64,000 nucleotides of DNA from an uncultured Thiomicrospira sp. (GCA_965195345.1 OZ239628.1:1344001-1408000); one strand, 5' to 3'. Counted from the stretch's first letter, positions 48,501 to 59,658 are shown. The notes: generated by a model from the letters alone, not told the origin. Translations and numbers: made by a program.

Positions 48501-49663
48501 AATTTTATTAACTGAGGATACTTGTTTTTTAGGTGGTCGAACAGTAGTGCTTTAGCACGTATTGGATTTTCTTGTAAAACAGCTAACAGCATTGCTGCAA
48601 GTAAAATGTCACTGTCTTTACCATCAAAAGTTTCTGCTTTTTTGATGGATTCTTCAGCAATGCCCCACATTTTTTCTCGAGCAGCTAATATTGAATAGGT
48701 AATGTAAAGTTCTGGACTGTTAAAACCTTTCTTTTCTTTGTCTAACCATTTAAGAACTTCAGGAATAGACTGTATTGGAACTCTCTCTAAGCAGTGCAGA
48801 AGGGCAATGTTCCAGTTTTTCTTTAAGCCAGCTAAAATAGGAGCTACAAAGTCGCCTTTCCAGCCCAATCGCCCCCCCTCTTCACAAAAAGATTCTAACA
48901 CTATAGGATGCAATCGCATTTTCCGCGAAATTCCATCCCACGCTGATAGAAAATCTTGTAAATTCTTGCAATCTGAAAGTTGTTGCGCAATCACACGTGC
49001 ACGTAAATCGTCTAACTCATCAGTGGGTAATTTTATTTTACTTCGTTCTAAAACATTTTCAAGTGCAGACCATCTGCCACCATCAACGAATATTTTAGCC
49101 AACCTGCGCCAATGAGAGACATTATGCTCTTTACTTTCAATGTGACTTTGCAAAAGTTGTAGAGCAGGCTCAATTTCTCCACTCTGTTGCAAGCAAATAC
49201 TTTCAATTAAATGAATTTGACTTCTATTTTCTGGATGTTTGTGCAAAGCTCGTTGAACAAGCTCATCTCGTTTTCTATAATCATGAGATTTTTGAGCGAT
49301 TAATATGCTCATAAACAATGCAGGAAGATAGAAGACCCCAGGCTTGATTTGAGTAAATTTATTTAAGGCAGACTCAAGCTCCTCGTTGGCAAATAACACC
49401 AGACCTTCAGAGAAATTTGTGCTTTGTAACCGTATGCGATCATTACTCCATTGTTTACTCAATTGAACGGGCAGCATAATAATCTTAAACAATACCCCCG
49501 TAGCACCTACTATCAATGTGAATATTAACAAGGAAATTCCAAGAGTTGTTTCAACTTTCCAACCTGCCAAGCGTACCTGCAAATACCCCATGTCGCCACT
49601 AATTACAAAGAGAGCACCTAAAAGTGCAATGATAGTGAATGTAAACACAAATATTTTTATCAT
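48497..49663 (-). CDS. hemY: HemY-like N-terminal/TPR membrane protein
   Basis: D.GY...W.VETT N-terminal pattern, helical repeats, last gene of hemCDXY. Confidence 0.65.
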   Translation of the reverse strand: MIKIFVFTFTIIALLGALFVISGDMGYLQVRLAGWKVETTLGISLLIFTLIVGATGVLFKIIMLPVQLSKQWSNDRIRLQSTNFSEGLVLFANEELESALNKFTQIKPGVFYLPALFMSILIAQKSHDYRKRDELVQRALHKHPENRSQIHLIESICLQQSGEIEPALQLLQSHIESKEHNVSHWRRLAKIFVDGGRWSALENVLERSKIKLPTDELDDLRARVIAQQLSDCKNLQDFLSAWDGISRKMRLHPIVLESFCEEGGRLGWKGDFVAPILAGLKKNWNIALLHCLERVPIQSIPEVLKWLDKEKKGFNSPELYITYSILAAREKMWGIAEESIKKAETFDGKDSDILLAAMLLAVLQENPIRAKALLFDHLKNKYPQLIKL

Positions 49664-50802
49664 TTTTTAGCCTTCATCACTTGATTTAACTGGCTTCGAA
49701 CTTCGTTTAAACTCACACTTACCCTCGTATCAGAAAGAAATTGAAGGCGAGACAATAGTGGATTAAAACGCTCATACAAATCATTTTGGTTCGTTTGTAG
49801 CCACAACCTCAAACCTTCTGACTGTTCATTAACCAGAGTCCAATCGCGTAACAATAAGCGTAATTTTATACTTTCTAATTGAAGTATTATCCACTTCATG
49901 CGCGTTTCTAAATCAAATCCCAAGTCAAATTGCTTTTTATTTTCTTGCTGCACTCTGATTAACTGTGACAGTCGCTGTTTAAAATAAGCACTTATGCTAT
50001 CAGTAGAAGCTACTGTTTGTTCTATAACTTTAGGCTGATAGTGTTTTGTTACTGCTATATATGCATCAAGATCAGCAACTAAATTCATTACGTTAAATCG
50101 AGGTAAATCAATAAATTTTTGCTTAAAGTCATTCAGCGCACTTATTACAATCGCCAAATCAGGATCTTGAAGGCTTCGTAATAAATCAAAAACCACATTC
50201 AACTGCCTCTCTATGTGTGCAGCATCATAGTCAAATATCAATTGCTGTTCGATCAAATATAAATGATTATCGATTAAAGGCAATAATTGAGATGGCTTCA
50301 GTTCTCTTTCCTCAATAAGCCTCAAGCTGTTCTGCAATGATATGATAAGATTTTTTTGTTGTTTAATCTGATCATCCTGTGATCGAATTTTTGCTTGTAT
50401 TTCAGGAAAGAGTTGCTCCACTTTCTGCATTCTTTTTTCAAGTGGATTCACTTGCTTTTTAGTAATAGTGGGGCTCTCATCCTTCCTATCAGAAACAGTC
50501 CATTTATTCCACTGGGCATCTAAAAAAGATTTTTGATAATACCATAGCGTCCCAAAAGCAAGAACGAGGACTAAAAATGCCCAAAAAAACTTTGACTTGA
50601 GTAACAATAGCCAAATACTATTTTTAGTGGCACCTTTATTATTCAAATTAGAAGTTTTTCCAAATTTGAATTTCCCCGTATTGCTCGATTTTTTTGACAT
50701 GGTGTCAGACATAATTTTAGACTTCTCTAATGACTCTGTAACCTTCGCATTTGAAGGGTTGTTTTCAACGGTACTGTTTCCTTTATTATCGTCTTTTTTC
50801 AT
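49660..50802 (-). CDS. hemX: HemX-like membrane coiled-coil protein
   Basis: Single TM plus coiled coil between hemD and hemY; assignment mainly from synteny. Confidence 0.55.
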   Translation of the reverse strand: MKKDDNKGNSTVENNPSNAKVTESLEKSKIMSDTMSKKSSNTGKFKFGKTSNLNNKGATKNSIWLLLLKSKFFWAFLVLVLAFGTLWYYQKSFLDAQWNKWTVSDRKDESPTITKKQVNPLEKRMQKVEQLFPEIQAKIRSQDDQIKQQKNLIISLQNSLRLIEERELKPSQLLPLIDNHLYLIEQQLIFDYDAAHIERQLNVVFDLLRSLQDPDLAIVISALNDFKQKFIDLPRFNVMNLVADLDAYIAVTKHYQPKVIEQTVASTDSISAYFKQRLSQLIRVQQENKKQFDLGFDLETRMKWIILQLESIKLRLLLRDWTLVNEQSEGLRLWLQTNQNDLYERFNPLLSRLQFLSDTRVSVSLNEVRSQLNQVMKAKK

Positions 50803-51511
50803 ATGCTAAAGCATCTATAGCTGTATTTAGTAAGCCTATGCTGCTTGCTTGTTTTGATACTAATATATTTCCCCAAAAAAAAGTTTTTGCCATTTCTGCA
50901 ACTCTTGAGCTGATACAAATCAGTATCGCGTTCTTTTTTAGGGTGGACAGTTGTTCTAATGCAAAACCCCTTTCCATTGCTTCGAGCAATTGTACACTGG
51001 TAGCTATAACCGTTTGCTTTTGAATATCCTTTTTAAGGAATGCTTCTATCTTATCAAAATCAGCTGATAAAAATTTACGAGAGTACACCACATCATCGTC
51101 AACAGTAGCACCACGCATTTGAAGCGTTTGCTTCAAAAACTGTCTACCTCCTTCTCCTTTCACAATACGAATACGTTTTTTTTTCACTTGATTGAAGCAT
51201 TCTAAAGTCAATAAGCTTTCAGAAGTAAAAGGTGGTTTAGGCAGCGCCATAATGTTGGCACCCTTATCTACTAACGCTTCAGTTGTGCTTTCTCCAATGC
51301 CTAAGGCTGGCCATTTTTTATTGAAATAAAATCCATACTTCACTGCATTGCTGCTAACATAGATAGCCATATCAACAGGCTCACGTTTCTTATAATCATC
51401 CATGGTTACTATCTGTATCAAAGGCATGTTGAAAACTTCAAAGTCCTTATCTTCAAGTAACTGTTTCAGATGTATTGATTGTTCAACAGGCCTTGTTAGC
51501 AATATTCTCAC
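50786..51511 (-). CDS. hemD: uroporphyrinogen-III synthase
   Basis: ILLTRP, SSNAV, SESLL, G.GGR..L...L..RGA. Confidence 0.88.
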   Translation of the reverse strand: MRILLTRPVEQSIHLKQLLEDKDFEVFNMPLIQIVTMDDYKKREPVDMAIYVSSNAVKYGFYFNKKWPALGIGESTTEALVDKGANIMALPKPPFTSESLLTLECFNQVKKKRIRIVKGEGGRQFLKQTLQMRGATVDDDVVYSRKFLSADFDKIEAFLKKDIQKQTVIATSVQLLEAMERGFALEQLSTLKKNAILICISSRVAEMAKTFFWGNILVSKQASSIGLLNTAIDALAYEKRR

Positions 51512-52419
51512 AAATATTTTCCTGCCCCTTTATTGATTAGCTCATCAGCAATATCTATTCCAAGCTGTCTTGCGTGTGCTACATCACCTATTTTATCTGC
51601 ATAAATGACTTCTTTTCCATCATCACTTCCCACCAACGCACGCAAATGAATGGTTTTTTTTCGTGACAGTTGAGCGAACACTCCGACCGCTGTATCGCAC
51701 CCTCCTCCAAGCCGTTCATTGCACGCTCTTTCTGCAGAAACCTCAAGCATCGTATGCTCATCGATTAAATGAGAAACCAAGTCTCGAGTTAGTTCATCCC
51801 CTTTTCTAATCTCAATTCCTAAAACCCCTTGGGCAACTGCTGGTAAGCAAATGTCTGACTCGATGATACTTCTAATTCTAGAATGCAGTCCAAGGCGCTC
51901 TAAACCTGCCGCGGCTAAAACTATGGCGGAATACTCTTTGCTGTCGAGCTTCTTGAGTCTTGTTCCTAAATTACCACGCAACGGTTTTATTACTAAATGT
52001 GGATAAAAACGAAGTAACTGACACTGCCTTCTGAGGCTTGATGTTCCAACTATTGAACCCTTAGGCAATTCTTCAAGTGCATTGAATTCATTCGAAACAA
52101 ATGCATCGTATGGGTTACCTCTTTGTAAAACAGCAGCTATTTCAAAGCCTTCAGGAACTATTGCAGGAACATCTTTCATCGAATGCACAGCTAAATCAGC
52201 CTCTTCATTCCGCAAAGAAATCTCTAACTCTTTGATAAATAATCCCTTTCCACCAATTTTAGACAAACTTTTATCTAAAATTTCATCCCCTTTAGTTGAG
52301 AGAGGAATTAACTCAACCTGTAATCCTTTATGTAGTGATTGCAGTTTTTCCGCCACAAAGTTCGCTTGCCACAAGGCAAGAGGGCTTTTTCGTGTGGCAA
52401 TTTTAAGTACTTTGGGCAC
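51508..52419 (-). CDS. hemC: hydroxymethylbilane synthase
   Basis: ATRKSPLALWQA, GGKGLF.KELE, AVHSMKD, GTSSLRR, GGC. Confidence 0.97.
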   Translation of the reverse strand: MPKVLKIATRKSPLALWQANFVAEKLQSLHKGLQVELIPLSTKGDEILDKSLSKIGGKGLFIKELEISLRNEEADLAVHSMKDVPAIVPEGFEIAAVLQRGNPYDAFVSNEFNALEELPKGSIVGTSSLRRQCQLLRFYPHLVIKPLRGNLGTRLKKLDSKEYSAIVLAAAGLERLGLHSRIRSIIESDICLPAVAQGVLGIEIRKGDELTRDLVSHLIDEHTMLEVSAERACNERLGGGCDTAVGVFAQLSRKKTIHLRALVGSDDGKEVIYADKIGDVAHARQLGIDIADELINKGAGKYL

Positions 52420-52681
52420 TGTTAAATATAGTGATGGGTTAGATAGAATATAATTGGATCAGTGGACTTTCAGTAATCTTTATTTTAGTAGTCTTCATCG
52501 GATGGTTCTTAACGGACCAAAGCAACTGAAAGGAGCAATAAATTTTATAATATTACTTCGGTTCTGAAAAGACAAAATTTTTCTTGATTTGCAAAGCATG
52601 TATTATTTCAATTTTTATCGGGAATAGAAAATTAAAATGTAAGAGCTGTATTCACCTTTCACAAAGGAACCATTTTAAAGT

Positions 52682-53161
52682 ATGAGTAAAAAAATAAAAA
52701 TGTATGTACTGACGATATTCTTCGGACTATCGTGTGGGCATATTTTTGCCGACAAGCCACAACCTACTCAAGCCAGTAATTTTACCATACATTCTATAGA
52801 ATCAAAGAGCGCAGGAAAACCCTTGGTTTTATATTTTTCTGCTAAATGGTGCGAGTTTTGTAAAATCCTAAATGAAGAAGTCATTAACCCTGTGATACTT
52901 GGTGGTGGGCTTGAAAATGGAATTCTCCTAACACTGCAAATTGATGATGCAAAAGAAATAATTGATTTTAACGGCGAACACGTGACACCCGATGCTTTCG
53001 CTTTAAATTATGATGTAGACATCACTCCTACAATTATTTATGTTGGACCCAATGGTAAAGAAATCGCACCACGTATAATTGGCATAACCAATATAGATTT
53101 TTACTTCCATTACTTAACAAAAAACGCCGATATAGGCAAAGAAAATATGCGAAATAACTAA
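52682..53161 (+). CDS. exported thioredoxin-fold protein (SoxW-like)
   Basis: Signal peptide, WCEFC, TPTI cis-Pro loop. Confidence 0.7.
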   Translation: MSKKIKMYVLTIFFGLSCGHIFADKPQPTQASNFTIHSIESKSAGKPLVLYFSAKWCEFCKILNEEVINPVILGGGLENGILLTLQIDDAKEIIDFNGEHVTPDAFALNYDVDITPTIIYVGPNGKEIAPRIIGITNIDFYFHYLTKNADIGKENMRNN

Positions 53162-54564
53162 TGACAAAAAAAACCGAAAATCAAAAAAATCGAAACCACC
53201 TTATTAATGGCGCATTCGACAATGAGTTAAGCCCTGATGTCAGTGCTTTCAATGCTTCTATAGCATTTGACAAACGCCTTTACAAAGTAGACATTCAAGG
53301 ATCAATAGCTCATGTCACTATGTTAGCTGCACAAGGCATAATTAATGATGCCGACAACGAAGCAATCTGTAAGGGTTTAAAGAAAATCGAACACGACATA
53401 GAAAGTGGTAACTTTGAATGGCAAGAGTCTTTAGAAGACGTGCATATGAACATAGAGGCGGCATTAATTAAGGAACTTGGAGAAACTGGGAAAAAACTTC
53501 ATACTGGGCGTTCACGTAATGACCAAGTTGCTACAGACATTCGACTTTGGCTAAGAGCTAATAATAAAAACTTGATAAATGAATTAAACAACGCTCGTAA
53601 AGTCATTGCGCACAAAGCAATTGGTCACGCTGACACTATTATGCCCGGACTGACACATTTACAAAATGCACAGCCCATTACATTTGGTCATCATTTATTA
53701 GCTTGGCAAGAGATGTTTTCTCGGGACGTTGGGCGCTTTAGTGACTTATCAAAACGAATTAATCACTTACCTTTGGGCAGTGCCGCATTGGCTGGAACCA
53801 GCTTTCCCATCAAAAGAGAGATGACAGCAAAATTACTTGATTTTGATCATCTTTGCACCAATTCTTTAGACGCTGTATCCGACCGTGATTTTGCGATTGA
53901 ATTTTGTCAAAATGCCTCTTTATTGATGGTACATTTATCACGGATGTGTGAAGAAATAATCCTTTGGAACACCCCGCAATTTAATTTCATTGCCCTTTCC
54001 GATGAATACACTACTGGCTCATCAATTATGCCTCAGAAAAAGAATCCAGATGTAGCTGAGCTTATTCGTGGAAAATCTGCGCGTATTATAGGTCATTCAA
54101 CCGCTTTACTAACACTGATGAAAAGCCAACCCTTAGCCTACAACAAAGACAATCAAGAAGATAAGGAACCGCTTTTTGACACAGTTGATACAGTGCTAGT
54201 TTGTGTAAAATTGTTTACTAATATGATTGACAATATGGAAGCGAATAAAGAAGCAATGTATCAGGCGTCTAAGAACGGATTTGCTAATGCTACCGACTTA
54301 GCAGATTATTTGGTGAAAAAGAGTATGCCCTTTAGGGAAGCACATGCAATAACGGGCGCACTCGTACAAACTGCACAAAAAAACAACTGCACCCTTGAAT
54401 CATTGTCCTTATCAGTCATGCAGAAGCATTCCGAGAAAATTAAAGCGGATATTTATGATCACCTTGAATTAGAAGCATGCGTCAGCGCACGAAATCATAT
54501 TGGTGGCACCGCTCCAGAACAAGTTCGCAAAGCAGCCAAGAAAGTTCTAGACGATCTATCTTAA
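53161..54564 (+). CDS. argH: argininosuccinate lyase
   Basis: EDVHMNIE, HTGRSRNDQV, TGSSIMPQKKNPD, YNKDNQEDKE. Confidence 0.97.
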   Translation: MTKKTENQKNRNHLINGAFDNELSPDVSAFNASIAFDKRLYKVDIQGSIAHVTMLAAQGIINDADNEAICKGLKKIEHDIESGNFEWQESLEDVHMNIEAALIKELGETGKKLHTGRSRNDQVATDIRLWLRANNKNLINELNNARKVIAHKAIGHADTIMPGLTHLQNAQPITFGHHLLAWQEMFSRDVGRFSDLSKRINHLPLGSAALAGTSFPIKREMTAKLLDFDHLCTNSLDAVSDRDFAIEFCQNASLLMVHLSRMCEEIILWNTPQFNFIALSDEYTTGSSIMPQKKNPDVAELIRGKSARIIGHSTALLTLMKSQPLAYNKDNQEDKEPLFDTVDTVLVCVKLFTNMIDNMEANKEAMYQASKNGFANATDLADYLVKKSMPFREAHAITGALVQTAQKNNCTLESLSLSVMQKHSEKIKADIYDHLELEACVSARNHIGGTAPEQVRKAAKKVLDDLS

Positions 54565-54638
54565 TCTTTGCCTGAATGCGTGTGATTTAATTACAAAAAT
54601 ACGCCACATAACAGATTGTAATACAACAATAGTATCTA

Positions 54639-55985
54639 CTAAGTAGCCTCGTTCAACCGTTTTTCAAGGTGGTGTATATTGACACCGCCTTTACGAAAAG
54701 CAGCATCTTTCATATTATCCTTTTGTAAATCAACGTTGGTTTTTATGCCATCAATAACACTTTCAGATAAAACCTGCTCCATACGCTTAATAGCTATTTC
54801 ACGAGTGGCACCATAAGTGATGTATTTTGCAATCATTGAATCATAGTAGGGAGGAACAGAATAACCTGAATAAATATGCGTGTCAATTCGAACACCTGGA
54901 CCGCCCGGTTGATGGAACATATTAATCTTACCTGGACTCGGCATAAAGGTTTTTGAGTCTTCGGCATTAATACGACATTCCACAGCGTGACCTGAAATAG
55001 AAACATCATCCTGCTGGATGCTTAACTTCTTACCACTGGCAACCATAATTTGTTCACGAACGATATCAACGCCCGTGATTAGCTCTGTAACTGGATGCTC
55101 TACTTGAACTCGAGTATTCATTTCTATGAAATAAAAACGATCGTTTTCATATAAAAACTCAAACGTCCCTGCTCCGCGATAATTGATATCAACACAAGCT
55201 TTCGCACAAATATCACCTATTTCTGAACGTATTTCAGAGGTTATTCCTGGTGCTGGTGCTTCTTCAACAACTTTCTGATGTCGACGCTGCATAGAACAAT
55301 CGCGCTCTCCTAAATGAATCGCATTTCCTTGCCCATCTGAAAGCACTTGAATCTCGATGTGGCGCGGATTAGTCAAAAACTTTTCCATATATACTTCATC
55401 GTTGCTAAAGGCGGCCTTAGCTTCAGCTTTAGTCAGCACAATTGACTCTTCCATGTCTTCAGCTTTTTCAACCACACGCATGCCGCGCCCACCCCCGCCT
55501 CCTGAAGCTTTAATTATTACAGGGTAACCTATACGCTCAGCAATCTCTAAATTGCGACTCATATCGTCAGTTAAAGCACCATCTGAACCAGGAACTGTTG
55601 GAACGCCAGCTCTTTTCATCGCTTCAATAGCAGAGACTTTATCGCCCATAATACTTACCATTTCAGCAGTAGGACCAATAAAAATAAAACCAGAACTCTC
55701 CACTTGATCAATAAAAGTGGCATTTTCAGATAAAAATCCATACCCTGGGTGAATAGCATCGGCACCGCTAATTTCAGCTGAGGCAATGATAGCGGGAATA
55801 TTCAAATAACTTTGAGCAGAGGAAGCGGGTCCAATACAAATCGCTTCATCAGCCAATTTAACATGTTTAAGATTTACATCCACATCCGAATGAATTGCCA
55901 CAGTAGATATTCCTAATTCACGACAGGCACGCAATACACGGAGAGCTATTTCACCACGGTTAGCAATTAGAATTTTTTTAATCAT
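54639..55985 (-). CDS. accC: acetyl-CoA carboxylase biotin carboxylase
   Basis: [38 protein letters not shown]. Confidence 0.97.
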   Translation of the reverse strand: MIKKILIANRGEIALRVLRACRELGISTVAIHSDVDVNLKHVKLADEAICIGPASSAQSYLNIPAIIASAEISGADAIHPGYGFLSENATFIDQVESSGFIFIGPTAEMVSIMGDKVSAIEAMKRAGVPTVPGSDGALTDDMSRNLEIAERIGYPVIIKASGGGGGRGMRVVEKAEDMEESIVLTKAEAKAAFSNDEVYMEKFLTNPRHIEIQVLSDGQGNAIHLGERDCSMQRRHQKVVEEAPAPGITSEIRSEIGDICAKACVDINYRGAGTFEFLYENDRFYFIEMNTRVQVEHPVTELITGVDIVREQIMVASGKKLSIQQDDVSISGHAVECRINAEDSKTFMPSPGKINMFHQPGGPGVRIDTHIYSGYSVPPYYDSMIAKYITYGATREIAIKRMEQVLSESVIDGIKTNVDLQKDNMKDAAFRKGGVNIHHLEKRLNEAT

Positions 55986-56001
55986 AACAAATCTATATGC
56001 C

Positions 56002-56475
56002 TCATTTAATAATGAACAAAGGCTGATTGAACTCTATTGGTTCACCATCGTTTACCAGTATCTTCTCCACTGTACCAGCACGGTCAGAAACAACCTGATT
56101 CATGATCTTCATAGCTTCAATGATACAAAGAACATCGCCTGCTTTAACAACGGATCCGGTCTTCACAAAAACGGGTTTATCGGGGCTGGACGCTTCATAA
56201 TAAGTCCCAACCATAGGCGAACAAAAAGCATTGGCTGAGTTATCTTCTTTGACGACCTCGTTTTCAGCACTAGAATCAGTATGCGTTTGTGAAGCAACGG
56301 GTGGTGGTGCAGATGGTTGTGGAGCATAGTTCTGCACGACTGGTGCTGACTGGGCAGGCAACATTGTTGGCAGTCCAGATATACGAATCGATTCTTCATT
56401 ATCACTAATTTCTAGTTCAGAAATACCCGATTCTTCAACAAGCTCAATCAGTTTTTTAATTTTACGAATATCCAT
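56002..56475 (-). CDS. accB: biotin carboxyl carrier protein
   Basis: [22 protein letters not shown] biotinylation site. Confidence 0.97.
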   Translation of the reverse strand: MDIRKIKKLIELVEESGISELEISDNEESIRISGLPTMLPAQSAPVVQNYAPQPSAPPPVASQTHTDSSAENEVVKEDNSANAFCSPMVGTYYEASSPDKPVFVKTGSVVKAGDVLCIIEAMKIMNQVVSDRAGTVEKILVNDGEPIEFNQPLFIIK

Positions 56476-56512
56476 TATAGGTCTCCTATCTTGTTCAAAT
56501 TTGATGTCTTTT

Positions 56513-56938
56513 TTAATTTATAAAATATTCTAATGCGCTGTAATAACCTTTAATACCCAGCCCACTAATCACCGCTACTGCCTTATCGGCAAATAAAGAA
56601 TGATGCCTAAATTCTTCACGCGCATAAACATTACTGATGTGCACTTCTATAAAAGGAATATTCGTCGAAAGTAATGCATCACGCAACGCAATAGACGTGT
56701 GAGAGTAGGCACCTGCATTTATAACAATGCCATCTACTTTACCTATTGCTCCTTGAATGCAGTCAACTAAATCCCCCTCATGATTACTTTGAAAACTTTC
56801 AAGCATTACAGAATGCTTTTGGCAATATTCAGTCAAACCCTTCACCACTTCATCGAGTGAATCTTTCCCATAAATGTCTGGCTCACGCTGCCCGAGCATG
56901 TTTAAATTGGGTCCGTTTATAAGTGCTAATTTTTTCAT
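56513..56938 (-). CDS. aroQ: type II 3-dehydroquinate dehydratase
   Basis: NGPNLNMLG.REP.IYG, QSNHEG, EVHISN..ARE.FRH. Confidence 0.97.
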   Translation of the reverse strand: MKKLALINGPNLNMLGQREPDIYGKDSLDEVVKGLTEYCQKHSVMLESFQSNHEGDLVDCIQGAIGKVDGIVINAGAYSHTSIALRDALLSTNIPFIEVHISNVYAREEFRHHSLFADKAVAVISGLGIKGYYSALEYFIN

Positions 56939-56952
56939 TTGACTAAAGTATG

Positions 56953-56975
56953 CGCGTATTTTATTAAAATACGCG
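56953..56975. promoter_or_regulatory. perfect 10-bp inverted repeat upstream of aroQ
   Basis: CGCGTATTTT-ATT-AAAATACGCG. Confidence 0.45.
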
Positions 56976-57245
56976 ACACTTTGCTTTGAAAATAACAGAA
57001 GTAGCTCATTCTAGATTCGAATACTCAATCAAATAAACGAACGAGCAACTTTATTCTCTTGCATCACGATTTTATTTAATTACTTCTTGTCAACCATTTA
57101 ACAAAGTTTTTTACTTATTAAGCTGGAAGCCTTATGGATAGAGGCCTTCAGGGCGTCTCAACCTACAAATATTAATTAATATTATGGCAGTTAGTGAATG
57201 AAATATGGTGATTGATGGGGTTTGGGTGTTGTCCTCTAACGTTTC

Positions 57246-57278
57246 AAGTAAAAAAACTACTTAAGTAAAAAACTACTT
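57246..57278. repeat. tandem duplication of a short palindrome-flanked unit
   Basis: AAGTAAAAAAACTACTT followed by AAGTAAAAAACTACTT. Confidence 0.7.
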
Positions 57279-57489
57279 AAACACCCGTTTTCCAACAAAT
57301 GATTACAGGCAAAACATTAAACTATATGTATCGCGTGAAATTAAAAGTTGTCGCTTCGTTAAACAAAGATGGATTGTATAATTACTCTACAGCAAGGTAA
57401 TAATAGCAGGACAATCCCAATACGTACATTGAGATGAGCGCCTTCCTTGAAAAAATCATTGACAACAATCAATCAAATTAATTAATAAA

Positions 57490-58806
57490 ATGATGAAAAT
57501 CCTTATAGTAGGTGCAGGTGGCAGAGAAAGTGCTTTTGCTACAAAACTTATGCTTGACTCAACCGTTTATGCCGTAATAGATCATAAAAATCCCACAATT
57601 ATTGATTGCGTTAAAAAAAGTGGTGGTGAATGGACACTTGGAAAAAGCAGTGATCCCAAAACAGTTACGTCATTTGCCTTAGAGAACAAAATTGATTTGG
57701 CTTTCATTAGCTCAGATGAACCATTAGCAAATGGGGTAGTAGATTCATTGCTCAACAGCGGAATAGAAGCCATTGGAGGCACGCAAGAAGCAACAAAAAT
57801 CGAATGGGATAAAGTGTATTCCATCTCTATGGTGAAAGAGCTTTGCCCAGAATTTACACCGTTATTTCATGTTATTACAACAATTGATGAACTTAATGAA
57901 TCACTGGCTTTTTTCGAAAAAAACAATATTCAAATCGTTGTTAAACCACAAGGGCTAACTGGAGGCAAGGGGGTGAAAGTAATGCCTATCCACCTCAAAT
58001 CATACAAAGATGCCTTTCTATACGTAGAAGAACTACTCAACGGACGACCCGATGAAAAAGTACTTTTGGTGGAAAAACTAGAAGGTATTGAATTTACCAT
58101 AATGGGGTTTACTGATGGCAAAAACCTTGTGCTTTGTCCTGCGAGTTATGACTACCCATTCAGATATAAAGGAGACAAGGGAGCGGGCACAGGGGGCATG
58201 GGATGCTTCACCAATTCCGATAAAAAGTTGCCCTTCATGACGGATGAAGACTTAGAGGCTTGTCGAATAATTATGCAAAAGGTCATTGACAGGATGTCAA
58301 ATGACAACTTGCTTTTTAATGGCATTTTAAATGGTGGTTTCTTTAAAACCAAACAAGGCATTAAGTTCATGGAGTTCAATGGCCGCTTTGGAGATCCCGA
58401 AGCATTAAATATACTCAGCGTACTCGGGTGCTCTTTTTCTAAAATTTTAGAAGACATCTTGCATGGAAATCTGAAAACCGTTCCTTTCATTAAAAAAGCA
58501 AGTGTTGTCAAATACCTTGTGGCAAAAGAATATCCCAGCGCAAGTCCCACTGAAACACTCTATAACATCGATATTGAGAAAATAGAAGAAATGGGCATAA
58601 AATTGTTTTGCTCCAGTACCGAAAAACTGAATGCTGAAAAATATACGACATTAAAGAGATCAAGAGTTATTGCGCTTACTGCAGTCGATGATAGTATCAT
58701 CAGTGCATCCAACCTTATAAATAAAGCTATTGATAATCATGTACATGGAGATCTTGAATACCGTTCAGACATAGGGCAAGAATCAGACATTTTAAATGTA
58801 CATTAA
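57490..58806 (+). CDS. purD: PurD-like (phosphoribosylamine-glycine ligase family) ATP-grasp protein
   Basis: GAGGRE, VVKPQGLTGGKGVKV, TGGMG, EFNGRFGDPE, YRSDIG. Confidence 0.75.
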   Translation: MMKILIVGAGGRESAFATKLMLDSTVYAVIDHKNPTIIDCVKKSGGEWTLGKSSDPKTVTSFALENKIDLAFISSDEPLANGVVDSLLNSGIEAIGGTQEATKIEWDKVYSISMVKELCPEFTPLFHVITTIDELNESLAFFEKNNIQIVVKPQGLTGGKGVKVMPIHLKSYKDAFLYVEELLNGRPDEKVLLVEKLEGIEFTIMGFTDGKNLVLCPASYDYPFRYKGDKGAGTGGMGCFTNSDKKLPFMTDEDLEACRIIMQKVIDRMSNDNLLFNGILNGGFFKTKQGIKFMEFNGRFGDPEALNILSVLGCSFSKILEDILHGNLKTVPFIKKASVVKYLVAKEYPSASPTETLYNIDIEKIEEMGIKLFCSSTEKLNAEKYTTLKRSRVIALTAVDDSIISASNLINKAIDNHVHGDLEYRSDIGQESDILNVH

Positions 58807-59025
58807 GCGCATTCATATACCAATATCTAAAATTGCTAATGATCTCTGGGTAGTTTGCTGAAATGATTGTCTATTTCTTTTTAAATACCCTCTAAGATTC
58901 AAGGAAGGCGTTGTTAACGCATCGGATCCATCTTTTTTTAAGCTATAATTAAGCAACAATTGGATAGTCCTAGAGCAATCTATGATTATTAATTACTTTT
59001 AAATCATACAAATCAATTCAACTGA

Positions 59026-59574
59026 ATGCTACTTAATACTCCTATTTGTGATTTTGGATGGAAAGCCCCAAACTTTGAGCTCAAAGACTATAGGGGAATA
59101 TCTTATAGCTTTAATGATGTTATCGGTGAAAAGGGTTTATTGGTCGCTTTCATATGTAATCACTGTCCTTATGTTCATGCAATCATTAATCGTTTAGTCG
59201 CTGATTCAAAGGTTTTGGAGAACATTGGGATAGGCGTTGTTGCCATCATGCCCAATGACTTTCAAGCATACCAAGATGATAGCCCTGAGAAAATGGCGGA
59301 ATTTGCGCAGCAAAATAACATGGATTTTCCCTATTTAGTGGATGAGACTCAAAAAGTTGGAAGGGCATACGATGCAATATGCACGCCTGACTTTTTCGGA
59401 TTTAACGCTGAAGCCCAATTGCAATATCGTGGGCGACTAGATGATGCGATGATGAATGACCCATCTAACAGAAAAGCAGAGTTGTTAGATGCAATGACTG
59501 CAATTGCAAAAACAGGCAAAGGTCCAGAAATTCAACACCCTTCCATGGGATGCTCTATTAAATGGAAGAAATAG
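59026..59574 (+). CDS. thioredoxin-family / AhpC-TSA-like redoxin
   Basis: FICNHCPYV, CTPDFF, YRGRLDD, SMGCSIKW. Confidence 0.88.
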   Translation: MLLNTPICDFGWKAPNFELKDYRGISYSFNDVIGEKGLLVAFICNHCPYVHAIINRLVADSKVLENIGIGVVAIMPNDFQAYQDDSPEKMAEFAQQNNMDFPYLVDETQKVGRAYDAICTPDFFGFNAEAQLQYRGRLDDAMMNDPSNRKAELLDAMTAIAKTGKGPEIQHPSMGCSIKWKK

Positions 59575-59624
59575 GTTGATTACGTGAGACGAGTAATCCC
59601 TTTAACAATCTCGGTAGAATCTCA

Positions 59625-59658
59625 TAAGGTAATTCCAAACAGGATTGAAATTACCTTA
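59625..59658. terminator. hairpin between convergent genes, possible bidirectional terminator
   Basis: TAAGGTAATT...AATTACCTTA followed by CTTTT. Confidence 0.5.

Noticed and set aside
57327-57342. parS-like site TGTATCGCGTGAAATT
   Set aside because: Four mismatches to the TGTTTCACGTGAAACA consensus; not supportable
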